Shown here in pieces: positions 48,700 through 59,151 of a stretch of DNA of 64,000 nt (its first letter is position 1; each line of letters starts with the position of its first letter). Below the pieces are notes generated by a model. The model was not told the DNA's origin. It made no database searches and was given only the letters and a program-made list of their open reading frames with translations. The position numbers and the translations under genes are program-made. The DNA is taken from assembly GCA_965197645.1 (NCBI GenBank), contig OZ240219.1, positions 768,001-832,000 of the forward strand, in the 5' to 3' direction. The stretch comes from Dehalococcoidia bacterium (GTDB lineage: Bacteria; Chloroflexota; Dehalococcoidia; Plut-88900).

Positions 48700-49689
48700 C
48701 TACTTGAACGCGGGCAGGACCTCTTCGCCAAACCGCTGCGCCTGCTCCATCATCTCCTCGAACCTGTCCACCATGACGTTGGTCAAGACGCAGTGGGTCA
48801 CTCCCTGCTCCTCCAGCGTTTTGATCTTGTTCACCACCTCGTCAGGGGTCCCCACCAGCATCTTGGGGATGAAAGCGTCGGGGGCCCTCTTTGCGAACCG
48901 CTTGCCCATCCACGTCTCCCGTGCCCTTTCCACCGCCTCCTCGTGGGTGTTAGCCAGGTACAGGTTCGTAGAGTACTGCCTATCGATCTCCGATATATCC
49001 CGGCCCGCCTTCTCCAGGTGAGGCAGCAGCGGCTCCACCGCCTCCCACGCCGAGTCCTTCACGTAGTAAGGCACTATCGACATCCCCGCCCCGTACTTGG
49101 CGATCCTTGGATACGTCTCCGGGGCGTGTCCCGAAACGTAGATGGGGAGGGGGTTCTGGACCGGCTTGGGGTGTATCTCGATGTCGTGGAACTCGTGGAA
49201 CTCCCCCTCGAAGCTCACCTTCCCCTCGCTGGTGAGCAACCGGTACAACGCCTCCATGGTCTCGTCGAGGATCTTGCCCCGGTGGGCCTTTCTCTGCTTG
49301 GTCCGTACCGCGGTAAACTCCTCGCGATAGGTGCCCAGCCCCCAACCGAACAGGAATCGGCCCTTGCTGAACTGGTCCAGAGTCGCCGCCTGCTTTGCCA
49401 GCACCACCGGGTCCCGGAAGGGCAGCAGCAGCACCCCGGTAGCCACCAGTATCCGCTCCGTTGCCCCCGCCAGGTAGGCCAGGGTGATCATCGCCTCCAG
49501 CCAGGTGGGCTTTTCCGAGTCCGGCAAACCCATCTGCGGTACGGGGGCCATGAAGTCGGTGGCCCACACCGAATCGAAACCGACCTTCTCCGCCAGCTGC
49601 GTGAGCCTGACCACGTCATCCGCCTCTGCGAAGGGTACCGGGTAGAAGACCCCTTCACGGCTGTTGGGTATGCCTATTCCAAATCTCAC
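48700..49689 (-). CDS. LLM-class flavin-dependent oxidoreductase
   Basis: AEKVGFDSVW, LPFRDPVVLAKQAATLD..S.GR, PKPVQ.P.PI, VGTPDEV. Confidence 0.9.
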   Translation of the reverse strand: MRFGIGIPNSREGVFYPVPFAEADDVVRLTQLAEKVGFDSVWATDFMAPVPQMGLPDSEKPTWLEAMITLAYLAGATERILVATGVLLLPFRDPVVLAKQAATLDQFSKGRFLFGWGLGTYREEFTAVRTKQRKAHRGKILDETMEALYRLLTSEGKVSFEGEFHEFHDIEIHPKPVQNPLPIYVSGHAPETYPRIAKYGAGMSIVPYYVKDSAWEAVEPLLPHLEKAGRDISEIDRQYSTNLYLANTHEEAVERARETWMGKRFAKRAPDAFIPKMLVGTPDEVVNKIKTLEEQGVTHCVLTNVMVDRFEEMMEQAQRFGEEVLPAFK

Positions 49690-49831
49690 GGCTGACCTCC
49701 CCGCCCCACTTTCATTATTGAGAGCAGGCGCCTACTTGTTACAATGATACTCCGATCGTTGGCAACTCGTTTCCAGGGAAGGACAGCGCGCCCATCAAAC
49801 CTCGATACCCATCCCCCCACCCCGATTAGCA

Positions 49832-51139
49832 ATGCCACAGAACAGTCCAGCCTCCATCGCCCGCCCGCCCCGAGCCCCCTGGTACAGCCGGGTTCGAGCC
49901 TTTCGATCCCTGGAGCATCGAAACTGGCGCAAGCTCTGGATAGGCAGCCTGTTCTGGCACCTGCCCTTTTGGATGGACCACATCATCCTCGGGTGGGTGG
50001 TACTGTTGCGGACCGACTCTCCCGTCCTGGTCGCACTGGTAGGCGCGTTCCGGCTGCTGCCCATGGGCACGATAGGGTTGTTTGCCGGCGTCCAAGCCGA
50101 TAGATGGCCGAGAAAGCCGCTTCTCATCGGTGCGCAATCCGCCAACCTCGTTCTGTCGTCCATCATGGCCGTTACCCTCTACCTCGACGTCCTCGACCTG
50201 TGGCATATCTACCTGGGCGCGTTTCTGATCGGCGGCGCCTGGGCCACCGACTTCCCGGTGCGGCATTCCCTGATCAGAGACGTGGTCCCGGAGCATTCCG
50301 TGGTCAACGCCATGGCGCTGAACGCCGCCTCGATGATGGGTTCGGCGATGGTGGGGAGGTGGCTGGCGGGATCGATAACCGACGTGGCCGGTCCGGGCGC
50401 GGCCTACGGCTTCATCGCCCTGTCCCTCCTGGTGGGCCTATCGATAGTCATCCGTGTTCCCGTCTCGCCTCGTGAAAGCCCGGAGAGTCGCCCACAGCGG
50501 ATGGGGAGAGGAATTCTCGAGGGCCTGGGCTACGCTTGGCGGAACGCCGCCATCCGAGGCGTGATGATAGTGACCGTCGCCGCCAACTTCTTGATCTTCC
50601 CCGCTACCCAGCTTCATCCCGTTTTCGCTCGGGACGTTTTCGGGGTGGGCGCAACCGGGCTGGGTTTCATGAGCGGCATGGACGGTCTGGGCTCTCTTGT
50701 CGGTGCGATGAGCATAGCAATGGTCGCCGGTGATCGCCATCGGGGGCACGTACTTCTAATCGGATCGATGGTCCTGGGAACAGGAGTACTGCTGTTCAGC
50801 TTCGCTCCTTCCTATGGCCTGGCCCTACCACCGCTGCTTCTGTCCGGTCTCGGCTCGGCGGGTTTCGCCACGATGCAGACCGCCATCCCAGCCACGGCGG
50901 CCGCACCCGCAATGCGAGGTCGGGCCATGGGGGCCGTAGCGCTCGCTATCGGCGTTCTTCCCCTGGGAATGGTCTACATGGGCTCCCTTGCCGAGTGGCT
51001 GGGAGCGCCCAGGGCGGTCACCTACAGCTGCATAGCCTTTTTTCTCTTGATATTGCTCACCGCCGCTTCACAACCGGGTCTTCGCAAGGTAGCCCAGCAT
51101 GAAAAGGAGTCCTCACGATGCCAGAACCGTACGAGTTGA
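49832..51139 (+). CDS. MFS transporter
   Basis: GVQADRWPRK motif A, multiple TM segments, P..MRGRAMG. Confidence 0.9.
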   Translation: MPQNSPASIARPPRAPWYSRVRAFRSLEHRNWRKLWIGSLFWHLPFWMDHIILGWVVLLRTDSPVLVALVGAFRLLPMGTIGLFAGVQADRWPRKPLLIGAQSANLVLSSIMAVTLYLDVLDLWHIYLGAFLIGGAWATDFPVRHSLIRDVVPEHSVVNAMALNAASMMGSAMVGRWLAGSITDVAGPGAAYGFIALSLLVGLSIVIRVPVSPRESPESRPQRMGRGILEGLGYAWRNAAIRGVMIVTVAANFLIFPATQLHPVFARDVFGVGATGLGFMSGMDGLGSLVGAMSIAMVAGDRHRGHVLLIGSMVLGTGVLLFSFAPSYGLALPPLLLSGLGSAGFATMQTAIPATAAAPAMRGRAMGAVALAIGVLPLGMVYMGSLAEWLGAPRAVTYSCIAFFLLILLTAASQPGLRKVAQHEKESSRCQNRTS

Positions 51140-52473
51140 CCGTGACCGAAGCCACCCGGCGCATCCGCCGCGGCGAACTCTCTCCAACGGGGCTGGCGGA
51201 ATCTGTCCTAGATAGAATCGATTCCCTGGACCCGGAGCTCAAGGCATGGGTGTTCGTGGACCGGGATGCGGTGCTGGCCGATGCGGAACAAAAGTCGGCG
51301 AAGCCGGGCCGAGGTACAGACCTCGGTGTCCTCCACGGCGTGCCCATGGGAATCAAAGACATCTTCTACACGGAAGGAGTTCCTACAACGGCCTGCTCCA
51401 AGCTCTACGCCGACTTCGTTCCAGACCACGATGCCACCGCCGTGTCTCTGCTTAAGCAGGCCGGGGCCATCGTTCTGGGCAAGACCGTCACCTGTGAATT
51501 TGCCGGCGCCGATCCGTCGCCTACGTTGAACCCCTGGAACCCAGCCCACACGCCTGGAGGTTCCAGCAGCGGCTCGGCCGTAGCCGTGGCTGCCGGCATG
51601 TGCCCTGCCGCCCTGGGTTCACAGACCGTCGGTTCGGTGCTGCGACCTGCGTCCTACAACGGGGTTGTCGGCTTCAAGCCGACCTATGGACGGGTGAGCC
51701 GGTACGGGGTGATCCCTTTGAGCTGGTCTCTGGACCACGTAGGTTGGATGACCCGCAGCGTCGAGGACGCAGCCCTCCTTCTGCAGGTCCTGTCCAGGCC
51801 GGACCCCCGCGAGCCGGTTACCTTGGGGCAACCGTCCTCGGATTACATGGTGGGACTGGATGAACCGACGCCCCCGCGTATCGGTCTCGTCCGGCCCTTC
51901 TTCTACGACCATGCCGATGACGAGACGAGGCGGCACACTGACCAGATGGCGGAGCGATTGAGCCGGGCGGGAGCAGCAGTCGAGGAGGTGTCCCTGCCCG
52001 CCAGCCTCGACGCCGAGGTCGATGACCAGGAGGTGATCATGGAGGTGGAGGCCACGGCCTTTCACCAGCAGATGTTCGCTGACCGGGGGGACGAGTACCA
52101 ACCCGGTATGCGTGAGATGCTCCAGCGGGGGCTGGATGCAGATGCCCTGAGCTACTCTCGGGCGATGGAACGCCACCGGCAGTTCACCGCGGCAATGCAT
52201 AGCTTCGCCGGCACAGTAGACGTGCTGATGACCCCCTCCACTCCGGCGCCGGCTCCGGCCGACCTGACAAGCACCGGCAACCCCCTGTTTCAGGGGCCGT
52301 GGACATCAAGCGGGTTGCCGGCCATCACGATTCCCTCCGGCTTGTCGGCTGCCGGGCTTCCTTTCGGCATTCAGCTGGCCGCCGCCCCCTTCGCCGAGTC
52401 CCGTCTGCTGGAGGCGGCAGCCTGGTGCGAGACGGTAACTGACGTCCAGCTGAACCCGATGGCCCCTAGATAG
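51118..52473 (+). CDS. Amidase signature family protein
   Basis: HGVPMGIKD, PGGSSSGS, GSQTVGSVLRPAS. Confidence 0.92.
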   Translation: MPEPYELTVTEATRRIRRGELSPTGLAESVLDRIDSLDPELKAWVFVDRDAVLADAEQKSAKPGRGTDLGVLHGVPMGIKDIFYTEGVPTTACSKLYADFVPDHDATAVSLLKQAGAIVLGKTVTCEFAGADPSPTLNPWNPAHTPGGSSSGSAVAVAAGMCPAALGSQTVGSVLRPASYNGVVGFKPTYGRVSRYGVIPLSWSLDHVGWMTRSVEDAALLLQVLSRPDPREPVTLGQPSSDYMVGLDEPTPPRIGLVRPFFYDHADDETRRHTDQMAERLSRAGAAVEEVSLPASLDAEVDDQEVIMEVEATAFHQQMFADRGDEYQPGMREMLQRGLDADALSYSRAMERHRQFTAAMHSFAGTVDVLMTPSTPAPAPADLTSTGNPLFQGPWTSSGLPAITIPSGLSAAGLPFGIQLAAAPFAESRLLEAAAWCETVTDVQLNPMAPR

Positions 52474-52553
52474 CCCCTCGATTTGGTATAGTTGGGCACC
52501 TGGCAAGCGTTCGAAGGGAGTGTCAACGAACGGAAGGATGCTTTCATGTAGCT

Positions 52554-52686
52554 TGTCCCAGAACCTCGTATTGAGGGAGTCCAGAGGGAAACTTCCCTCT
52601 GGCAGGGGGTATGGGAGATGTGCCCCCAGCTACAAAAACGTCCGAGGGCGGGTGGTTGGGACAAAGACATCTCTCCATTTGAGACA
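52554..52686 (+). repeat. Repeat family 2 full copy
   Basis: TGTCCCAGAACC..GGGAGTCCAGAGGG..GGGACAAAGA..TGAGACA, with inverted TAGCT/AGCTA flanks. Confidence 0.8.
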
Positions 52687-52797
52687 AGCTAACATATGGC
52701 CTCGGTAGGCGGGAAAAGAGAGCCAGAGCAACGCACGGGGTGTGTGGCAGTCCGAAGGGGAACGATCAGGGCTGTACAGGAAGGGTAAGGAGAAGCG

Positions 52798-54363
52798 ATG
52801 AGTAAAGAACACGATATCCTAATCATCGGAGGCGGGCACAACGGCCTGGTATCGGCGGCATATCTCGCCGAAGAGGGCCTGGACGTCCTGGTCCTGGAAC
52901 GAAGGGACATAGTCGGTGGCGCATGCGTTACCGAGGAGCTTATTCCGGGCTTCAAATTCTCCACGGCTTCCATGATCTGCGGCCTTCTCCAGCCCAAGGT
53001 GATCGAAGAGCTGCAGCTCCGAGACCACGGCCTCGATATCTACGCCCCCGATCCCAGCAACACCGTTGTTCTCCCCGGTGGCCGGCATCTGTGCGCATGG
53101 CTGGACCAGGCTAAGACGGTGGCGGAGATAGAGCAGTACTCTAAGCAGGACGCCAAGGCGTTCGTAGAGGTGACGAGATTTCTTCAAAAGTACCAGAGCT
53201 ACATAACGCCTCTCTGGCTGCGCAACCCTCCAACGATGGCGGAGATGGCAGCCCGTTTTGAGACCCCTGAAGACCAGGAGGCCTTTCGCACCATCTTCAT
53301 GGGCAGCGTCGATCAGTACGCGAACAGCAATTTCGAGTCCGATGCCGTCAAGGTGATGATGACCACCCTAGCCGCCACCGGTCACAACATGAGCCTCGAT
53401 AACAAGGGGAATATGTACAAGATGTTCTGGGCCAACATGGCTGAGGCCACGGGTGACCTGGGAGTGTGGGGCCTGGTGCGAGGAGGCATGGGTGGCATTA
53501 CCCAGGCGCTGGCTCGCTCGGCCAAGTCCCGGGGCGCAGACATCCGCACCGGCGCCGAGATAGACCACATCCGGGTAGAGGACGGCCGGGCCGTGGGCGT
53601 GGCCTTGACCACCGGCGAGGAGCTGCGAGCTAAGGCCTTAGCCTCCAACGCCGATGCCAAGCGGACCTTTCTGAACCTCTTGGCGCCTGAGCACCTGCCG
53701 GAGGACTTTGTCGGGCGGGTGGAGGACATACCCCAGAAGGGTCACTTCGCCAAGCTGTTCCTCGCTCTCGATGACAGGCCCGAGTGGGACTGCTTCCAGG
53801 GCGAAGATCCCGGCACCCGGGACAACGGGTTCATGCTGTTCGTACGGTCGCTGGAGCATATCGAAATGACCCGCCGGGAGGCGACGGAGGGCCGCCTGCC
53901 GGAGGAGCCATGGTTCGGCCTTCACATTCAATCCCTTACCGACCCATCGATGGCGCCGCCCGGACAGCACGGCGCCACGGTCTACGTTCAGTACGCCCCC
54001 TTCGATCTGGCGGAGGGCACCTGGGATGAGGTGGGAGACGACTTCGCCAAGCGCTGCATCGATACCCTGGCCAGCTACAGCCCCAACCTGAAGGACATTC
54101 TGCTGGACTACGTGTTCTTCAGCCCCAGGGACATCGAGAGCCGGTTCTACCTCACCGAGGGAACCATGCATCACGGCCACATGTTCGCCGACCAGATGTT
54201 CTCCCACCGACCCCTGGTTGGTTGGTCCGAGTACCGCACCCCCGTCCGAAACCTCTACCTCTGCGGTTCCGGCGCTCATCCGGGAGGAGGGGTTACGGGT
54301 GCGCCGGGGCACAACGCCGCCCAGGCGATTATTCAAGACTGGCGCGAAGGCGTGATCGAGTGA
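52798..54363 (+). CDS. Phytoene desaturase-like FAD-dependent oxidoreductase
   Basis: IIGGGHNGL, VLERR..VGGA, GGMG, LYLCGSGAHPGGGVTGAPG. Confidence 0.9.
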   Translation: MSKEHDILIIGGGHNGLVSAAYLAEEGLDVLVLERRDIVGGACVTEELIPGFKFSTASMICGLLQPKVIEELQLRDHGLDIYAPDPSNTVVLPGGRHLCAWLDQAKTVAEIEQYSKQDAKAFVEVTRFLQKYQSYITPLWLRNPPTMAEMAARFETPEDQEAFRTIFMGSVDQYANSNFESDAVKVMMTTLAATGHNMSLDNKGNMYKMFWANMAEATGDLGVWGLVRGGMGGITQALARSAKSRGADIRTGAEIDHIRVEDGRAVGVALTTGEELRAKALASNADAKRTFLNLLAPEHLPEDFVGRVEDIPQKGHFAKLFLALDDRPEWDCFQGEDPGTRDNGFMLFVRSLEHIEMTRREATEGRLPEEPWFGLHIQSLTDPSMAPPGQHGATVYVQYAPFDLAEGTWDEVGDDFAKRCIDTLASYSPNLKDILLDYVFFSPRDIESRFYLTEGTMHHGHMFADQMFSHRPLVGWSEYRTPVRNLYLCGSGAHPGGGVTGAPGHNAAQAIIQDWREGVIE

Positions 54364-54392
54364 GAGGGAATCGTTAGATCGAGGAGTATGAG

Positions 54393-55412
54393 ATGAAGGT
54401 CGGTTTACTGTATGACCTGCGCAATCCACCCCAGTGGTACAGACCCTTCCCGGACCTGTACGCCGAAACGCTCGAGCACATCGTTGCCGTGGAGGCCCTG
54501 GGCTTCGATGCCGTCATGTTCACGGAGCATCATTTCGATCCCGACGGCTATCTGCCCTCCCTGTTGCCCATGATGGCGGCCGCAGCAGCCAGGACCAGTT
54601 TGGTCACCATCGGGACCGATGTGTTTCTCGCGCCCTTCGTTCACCCCGTCCGATTCGCAGAGGACTGTGCGGTGGTGGACATCCTCTCCAACGGTCGGCT
54701 CCTCCTCCAGGCGGGGGAGGCCTATCGGCCCCAGGAGTTCGAGGCCCTGGGAGTTGAGAAGACGCATCGTGGAAGCCTGACGGAAGAGACCCTGGACATC
54801 ATCCGGCGTTGCTGGACGGAAGACACCTTCGACTACGAAGGGCGTCATTACCGGCTCAAGGGGGTGCACGTTTCGCCGAAGCCGGTCCAGCAGCCCCATC
54901 CACCCCTCTACTTTACAGCCGACACCGGCAGGCCGTTGGAGCGAGCGGTGCGCATGGGTTTCCATGCCGCTACAGCCCACGGCGTGACCAGCGGGCCGGA
55001 CCCCTCCGAGTGGAAGCGCTGGCATGATGGGTGGACGGACAAGCTGAGGGAGTTCGGACGGGACCCTCGGGAGTTCAAGTGCAGCACTATCCTGAACCTC
55101 TTCGCCGCCGAGGACCCGGAGAAGGCGTGGGAGGAACACAAGGAGGGAATACTGCACGTGTTGAACTCCTACAGCGTGGAAGGCGGAGACTCTACGCCGC
55201 CATTGGAAACACCCGAGGCGATCCCCAACTGGCGTAAGATTTTCCAGACCCCCAGCGACTGCGTAAAGTATATAAACGAGGTGTACGGGTCGGCGCCCCC
55301 CGATTACGTGCTGCTATGGGGTACGAGGCCCGGGATGTCCTACAACAAGAGCCTGGAGTACCATCGACTATTTGCCCAGCAGGTGCTCCCTGGCATTCGG
55401 GGTCCAACCTAG
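54393..55412 (+). CDS. LLM-class flavin-dependent oxidoreductase
   Basis: LGFD..EHHF, HPVRFAED.AVVDILSNGR, PKPVQQPHPP. Confidence 0.9.
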   Translation: MKVGLLYDLRNPPQWYRPFPDLYAETLEHIVAVEALGFDAVMFTEHHFDPDGYLPSLLPMMAAAAARTSLVTIGTDVFLAPFVHPVRFAEDCAVVDILSNGRLLLQAGEAYRPQEFEALGVEKTHRGSLTEETLDIIRRCWTEDTFDYEGRHYRLKGVHVSPKPVQQPHPPLYFTADTGRPLERAVRMGFHAATAHGVTSGPDPSEWKRWHDGWTDKLREFGRDPREFKCSTILNLFAAEDPEKAWEEHKEGILHVLNSYSVEGGDSTPPLETPEAIPNWRKIFQTPSDCVKYINEVYGSAPPDYVLLWGTRPGMSYNKSLEYHRLFAQQVLPGIRGPT

Positions 55413-55502
55413 CAGGAGACGGCCTCAAGGGACCGGGTCGACGGGCCGACGCCGGCAGATGGATTACGGACTTTAAAGTTAAAGCATCAGCAGGAGGAGC
55501 TT

Positions 55503-55862
55503 ATGAAGGTCTTCAACATCGATGATGTCCAAAAAGAGGACGCTAGCGCGCCTATCTTCACCGGGGGGAGCGTAACCATGCAACGCCTGCTGGTGGCGGG
55601 GGACTCGGAGGACTTCGCCGTAGGGCTGGTCAACTTCAGCCCCGGGGCCAGGACCAAGCTCCACATTCACGAATCCGATCAGATAGTCTTCGCCACCGCC
55701 GGTCGGGGCACCTACGCCACCGAGCATGAGGAGAATGAGGCTGTCGCCGGCACCATGGTCCTCTTCCCCAAAGGTGAGCGACACTGGCATGGGGCCACCC
55801 CCGACTCCTCCTTTTCACAGATCTCCTTCCTCCTGCCGGGTGAAACTACCGTCGTGGAGTAG
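55503..55862 (+). CDS. Cupin domain protein
   Basis: F.PGARTKLHIH..Q, GERHWHGA. Confidence 0.88.
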   Translation: MKVFNIDDVQKEDASAPIFTGGSVTMQRLLVAGDSEDFAVGLVNFSPGARTKLHIHESDQIVFATAGRGTYATEHEENEAVAGTMVLFPKGERHWHGATPDSSFSQISFLLPGETTVVE

Positions 55863-55913
55863 GTCGGCGCCCACGACGTCTATGACCGGGTCTAAAATAA
55901 AGTCTTAACGTCT

Positions 55914-56471
55914 GTGCCGGGCCTGATTACAGGGAGGAGACGACCAATCGCAACCAACAATGTTCCCATAACCAACTCTTACTGGGTTGCCCACGGGCAG
56001 CTGCTGGCTGGGGGATATCCGGGTGGACTCGATGGAAAGGACATGGACCGGGAAGTTCGAGCCATAGTGGAAGCGGGAGTAAGGGTCTTTGTCGATCTGA
56101 CCCAGGAGGCCGAACAGCCTCCCTATTCTCCGACCCTCTCCGATATCGGCCGGCAGCTGGAAACGCCCGTTCAGCACCTTAGAGTGCCTGTCAAAGACCT
56201 GGGGATACCGACCGCCTCGGAGATGGACGGTATCTTGAGGGTCATCGATGAGTCGGTGCGAGACGACAAGCCGGTATACGTCCACTGCGTGGGTGGTATA
56301 GGCAGGACGGGCACCGTGGTCGGGTGCTATATGGTCGAGCAGGGAATGACCGGCTCGGAAGCGCTGCAGGAAATAGAGGCTCTCCGCAAGCCCACCCCCT
56401 ACAGCCGGGTAAACTCCCCGGACAACCCCGGCCAACGTGAAATGGTCCTCTCTTGGAGCGGGCGCGGATAG
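55914..56471 (+). CDS. Dual-specificity/tyrosine phosphatase family protein
   Basis: VHCVGGIGRTGT CX5R motif, PVKD acid loop. Confidence 0.85.
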   Translation: MPGLITGRRRPIATNNVPITNSYWVAHGQLLAGGYPGGLDGKDMDREVRAIVEAGVRVFVDLTQEAEQPPYSPTLSDIGRQLETPVQHLRVPVKDLGIPTASEMDGILRVIDESVRDDKPVYVHCVGGIGRTGTVVGCYMVEQGMTGSEALQEIEALRKPTPYSRVNSPDNPGQREMVLSWSGRG

Positions 56472-56660
56472 CCGATAGGCGGCCAAGATGCAAGCGCTAG
56501 CAACAAGACCCGCCGAACGCAAGACTACCCATCCCCTTGCCGTCCTCACCCCTCTCAGCTATTTTTATAATACCCGGATGTCCAAACGGTCGCTGGAACA
56601 ATGCAATCAAAAACAAGCACCTCCAGCCACAAAACAATCAGACCCGATAAGAGGTAAGCC

Positions 56661-57746
56661 TTGACATCGTCACCGGACTCCCGTTTTGAGCTTCCCGATA
56701 CAGTCGAGGCCATCGAGTTCTACTACGAACAGGGCCTCACCGATGGCCTTCCAGTAATACCTCCCACCGAGGAACGGGTGCTTCAGTTCCTGGAAGCCGC
56801 AGGGGTGGAGCCGACCGAGGTGATAGGCACCCGGCCCAGCCGCAACTGGATCGTAACTGCCGATAAGGTTGCCATTAACGCCATCATGGCCGGCTGCCTC
56901 CCGGAGTATGCCCCTGTTGTCGTAGCCTCCATCAGAGCTCTACTGCGCCCCGAGTTCAACGCCTCAGCCATTTCCGAGACTGCCGGCACCTCCGCGCCAA
57001 TGATCATGGTCAACGGGCCCATTCGCCACGAGCTCGATATCAACTCCGGTTGGAACCTGTTCGGGCCTGGCTGGAGAGCCAACGCCACTATCGGCCGCGC
57101 CCTCCGGTTGGTCCTCATCAACGTCTGCAACGAGGTGCCGGGGGTGAGGGACAAGTCCACCTTCGGCCAAGCCGGACGCTACACCTCCTGCATCGCTGAA
57201 AACGAGGAGGCCAGTCCCTGGCAGCCCTATCACGTCGAGAAAGGCTTCCCGATAGAGTCCAACACTACAGGCCTCTTCGCCGTGTTTCCTCCCATGGAGA
57301 TCTACAATCAGTCGGACAACCAGCCGGAGCAGATCCTGGAGAGCCTGTGCCATATCATAGCCGCCGACGACAATTGCCAAGGCGAACTGGTTCTTATCCT
57401 CAGCCCTGAGCATGCCCAGACCATAGCCTCTGCAGGGTGGAGCAAAGACCAGGTAAAGGAATATATGGTTGGGAGGATCACCGACTTGTACCCCAAACTG
57501 TCGATCCAGGCCGAAAAGGTCGGCCCGGCCGCCGCGCGGTTCGGCAGTACCCCAACAGAAGCAAGAGACACAGGAGGCAGACGTAGCTCGGGTGATAGCG
57601 GCCCGGTTGTCCCAATCCGTGCCGAGGGTATCATCCTTCTGGTGGCTGGCGGCGAAGGTGGTGGCCACTCCTCAATTCTTCCTACATGGGGCAGATCAGC
57701 GATAGCCCACTCCGTCATCGAGCCCATTACGATTGCACCAAGGTGA
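56661..57746 (+). CDS. Uncharacterised UGSC-associated protein (paralog 2)
   Basis: Clear paralog of 42544-43578 (TDGLPVIPPT, AINAIMAGCLPEY, NATIGRALRL). Confidence 0.8.
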   Translation: MTSSPDSRFELPDTVEAIEFYYEQGLTDGLPVIPPTEERVLQFLEAAGVEPTEVIGTRPSRNWIVTADKVAINAIMAGCLPEYAPVVVASIRALLRPEFNASAISETAGTSAPMIMVNGPIRHELDINSGWNLFGPGWRANATIGRALRLVLINVCNEVPGVRDKSTFGQAGRYTSCIAENEEASPWQPYHVEKGFPIESNTTGLFAVFPPMEIYNQSDNQPEQILESLCHIIAADDNCQGELVLILSPEHAQTIASAGWSKDQVKEYMVGRITDLYPKLSIQAEKVGPAAARFGSTPTEARDTGGRRSSGDSGPVVPIRAEGIILLVAGGEGGGHSSILPTWGRSAIAHSVIEPITIAPR

Positions 57747-57852
57747 TGTAACCTGCCCGCTGGACCGTTACGGTTCTCACACCCAATTGCTCAACTTGGT
57801 ATAATCCGTCTAGTGACGAGCTATTTCGGGTAGCGGGTCAAGGAGGCGAAAG

Positions 57853-58983
57853 ATGAAGAACGGATTCAAGATCATAGACGGCGACGGCCACATGCAAGAG
57901 CCCATGGATATATGGGAGAACTTCACGGAGCCCGCCTTCAAAGATAGGATCCCCAAGGTTATCGGGCACGTGGGCAAGACGGAGTTTCAATACGGTCCCT
58001 GCGAGATCTTTCCAGAGGGCCAAGCGACCGCCTTCACCCAGGAGGTCTACGAGGACGTGGAAGAGCGCTACGGCGAAGCGTACCGTAGCTGGTGGAGCCT
58101 GCCCAGCCGCCTGGACCACATGGACGACGAAGGTGTGGACGTCCAGGTCTGCTTCCCCACCAACGGAGCCCTGGCCACGGGCAACTCCGTCAAGGACATC
58201 GATCTGCAGTCGGCCCTGGTGCGAGCCTACAACAACTGGGCCATCGATTTCTGCCGGGACTCCTCGGGCAGGGTACTCTTCGTGGCGCTGGCAAGTCCGG
58301 GTGGCGGTGAAGAGGCCCTGCGAGAGGTGAAGCGCGTCGCCTCCAATCCGGCGGTGGCGGCGGTGACCCTGGCGGGGTTCATAGACCTGTCGGAAGGCCA
58401 GAAGTGGTGTGATGAGAAGTTCGAGGGCCTATGGCAGCTGCTGGAGAGCGAGGGCCTGCCCGCCGCCTTCCATGGCGGAGGCTCCCAGCGTTCCCTCTTT
58501 GGCCAGTACCAGGGAGAGATGGCTACGGTAGCCCACGCCATCTCCTTCCCCGTGGACCTGATGTTGTCCCTGGCCGACCTGATCTTCGGCGACGTGCTGG
58601 AGCGCTATCCCAACCTGCGGTGCGGGTTCTACGAGGCCAACGCCGGGTGGGTGCCCTACTGGCTGGCCCGCCTGGACGACCACGGCACCGGCAGACAGGC
58701 CCGCTTTATGCACGGAGCCTCGGTATCGATGAAGCCCAGCGACTACTTCTACCGTCAGTGCTCGGTATCATGCGACGCCGATGAGGGCACGCTGCCCCTG
58801 GTGGTAGACTATCTGGAGGGTAGTAACATAATCTTCAACACGGACTACCCCCACCCGGACGCTCCCTTCCCGGGTGCGGTGGACGAGCTGCTGGAGCGGC
58901 CTATCCCCGAGGATGCAAAGCGAAAGATCCTGTGGGACAACTCGGTGGACCTGTACAGGGACCGGATACAGGTCAGTGTTTGA
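57853..58983 (+). CDS. Amidohydrolase_2 family protein
   Basis: IDGDGH..EP, RAYNNW, FH, EANAGW, TDYPHPD. Confidence 0.88.
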   Translation: MKNGFKIIDGDGHMQEPMDIWENFTEPAFKDRIPKVIGHVGKTEFQYGPCEIFPEGQATAFTQEVYEDVEERYGEAYRSWWSLPSRLDHMDDEGVDVQVCFPTNGALATGNSVKDIDLQSALVRAYNNWAIDFCRDSSGRVLFVALASPGGGEEALREVKRVASNPAVAAVTLAGFIDLSEGQKWCDEKFEGLWQLLESEGLPAAFHGGGSQRSLFGQYQGEMATVAHAISFPVDLMLSLADLIFGDVLERYPNLRCGFYEANAGWVPYWLARLDDHGTGRQARFMHGASVSMKPSDYFYRQCSVSCDADEGTLPLVVDYLEGSNIIFNTDYPHPDAPFPGAVDELLERPIPEDAKRKILWDNSVDLYRDRIQVSV

Positions 58984-59151
58984 ACAGTGTTCTGGCAGCG
59001 TTTAAACGGCGTTCCGGCGAGCTGTAGAAGCCTACAGGCATAAAAGAGGTTAGAACGCAGCGGAAAGCCGTGAACGGCCCGGCGGATGCCGGTAAGCACC
59101 GTCTGTTATAATCTGAAGTCGATAGGAATGGCAATTTGATAGGAGGGTGGT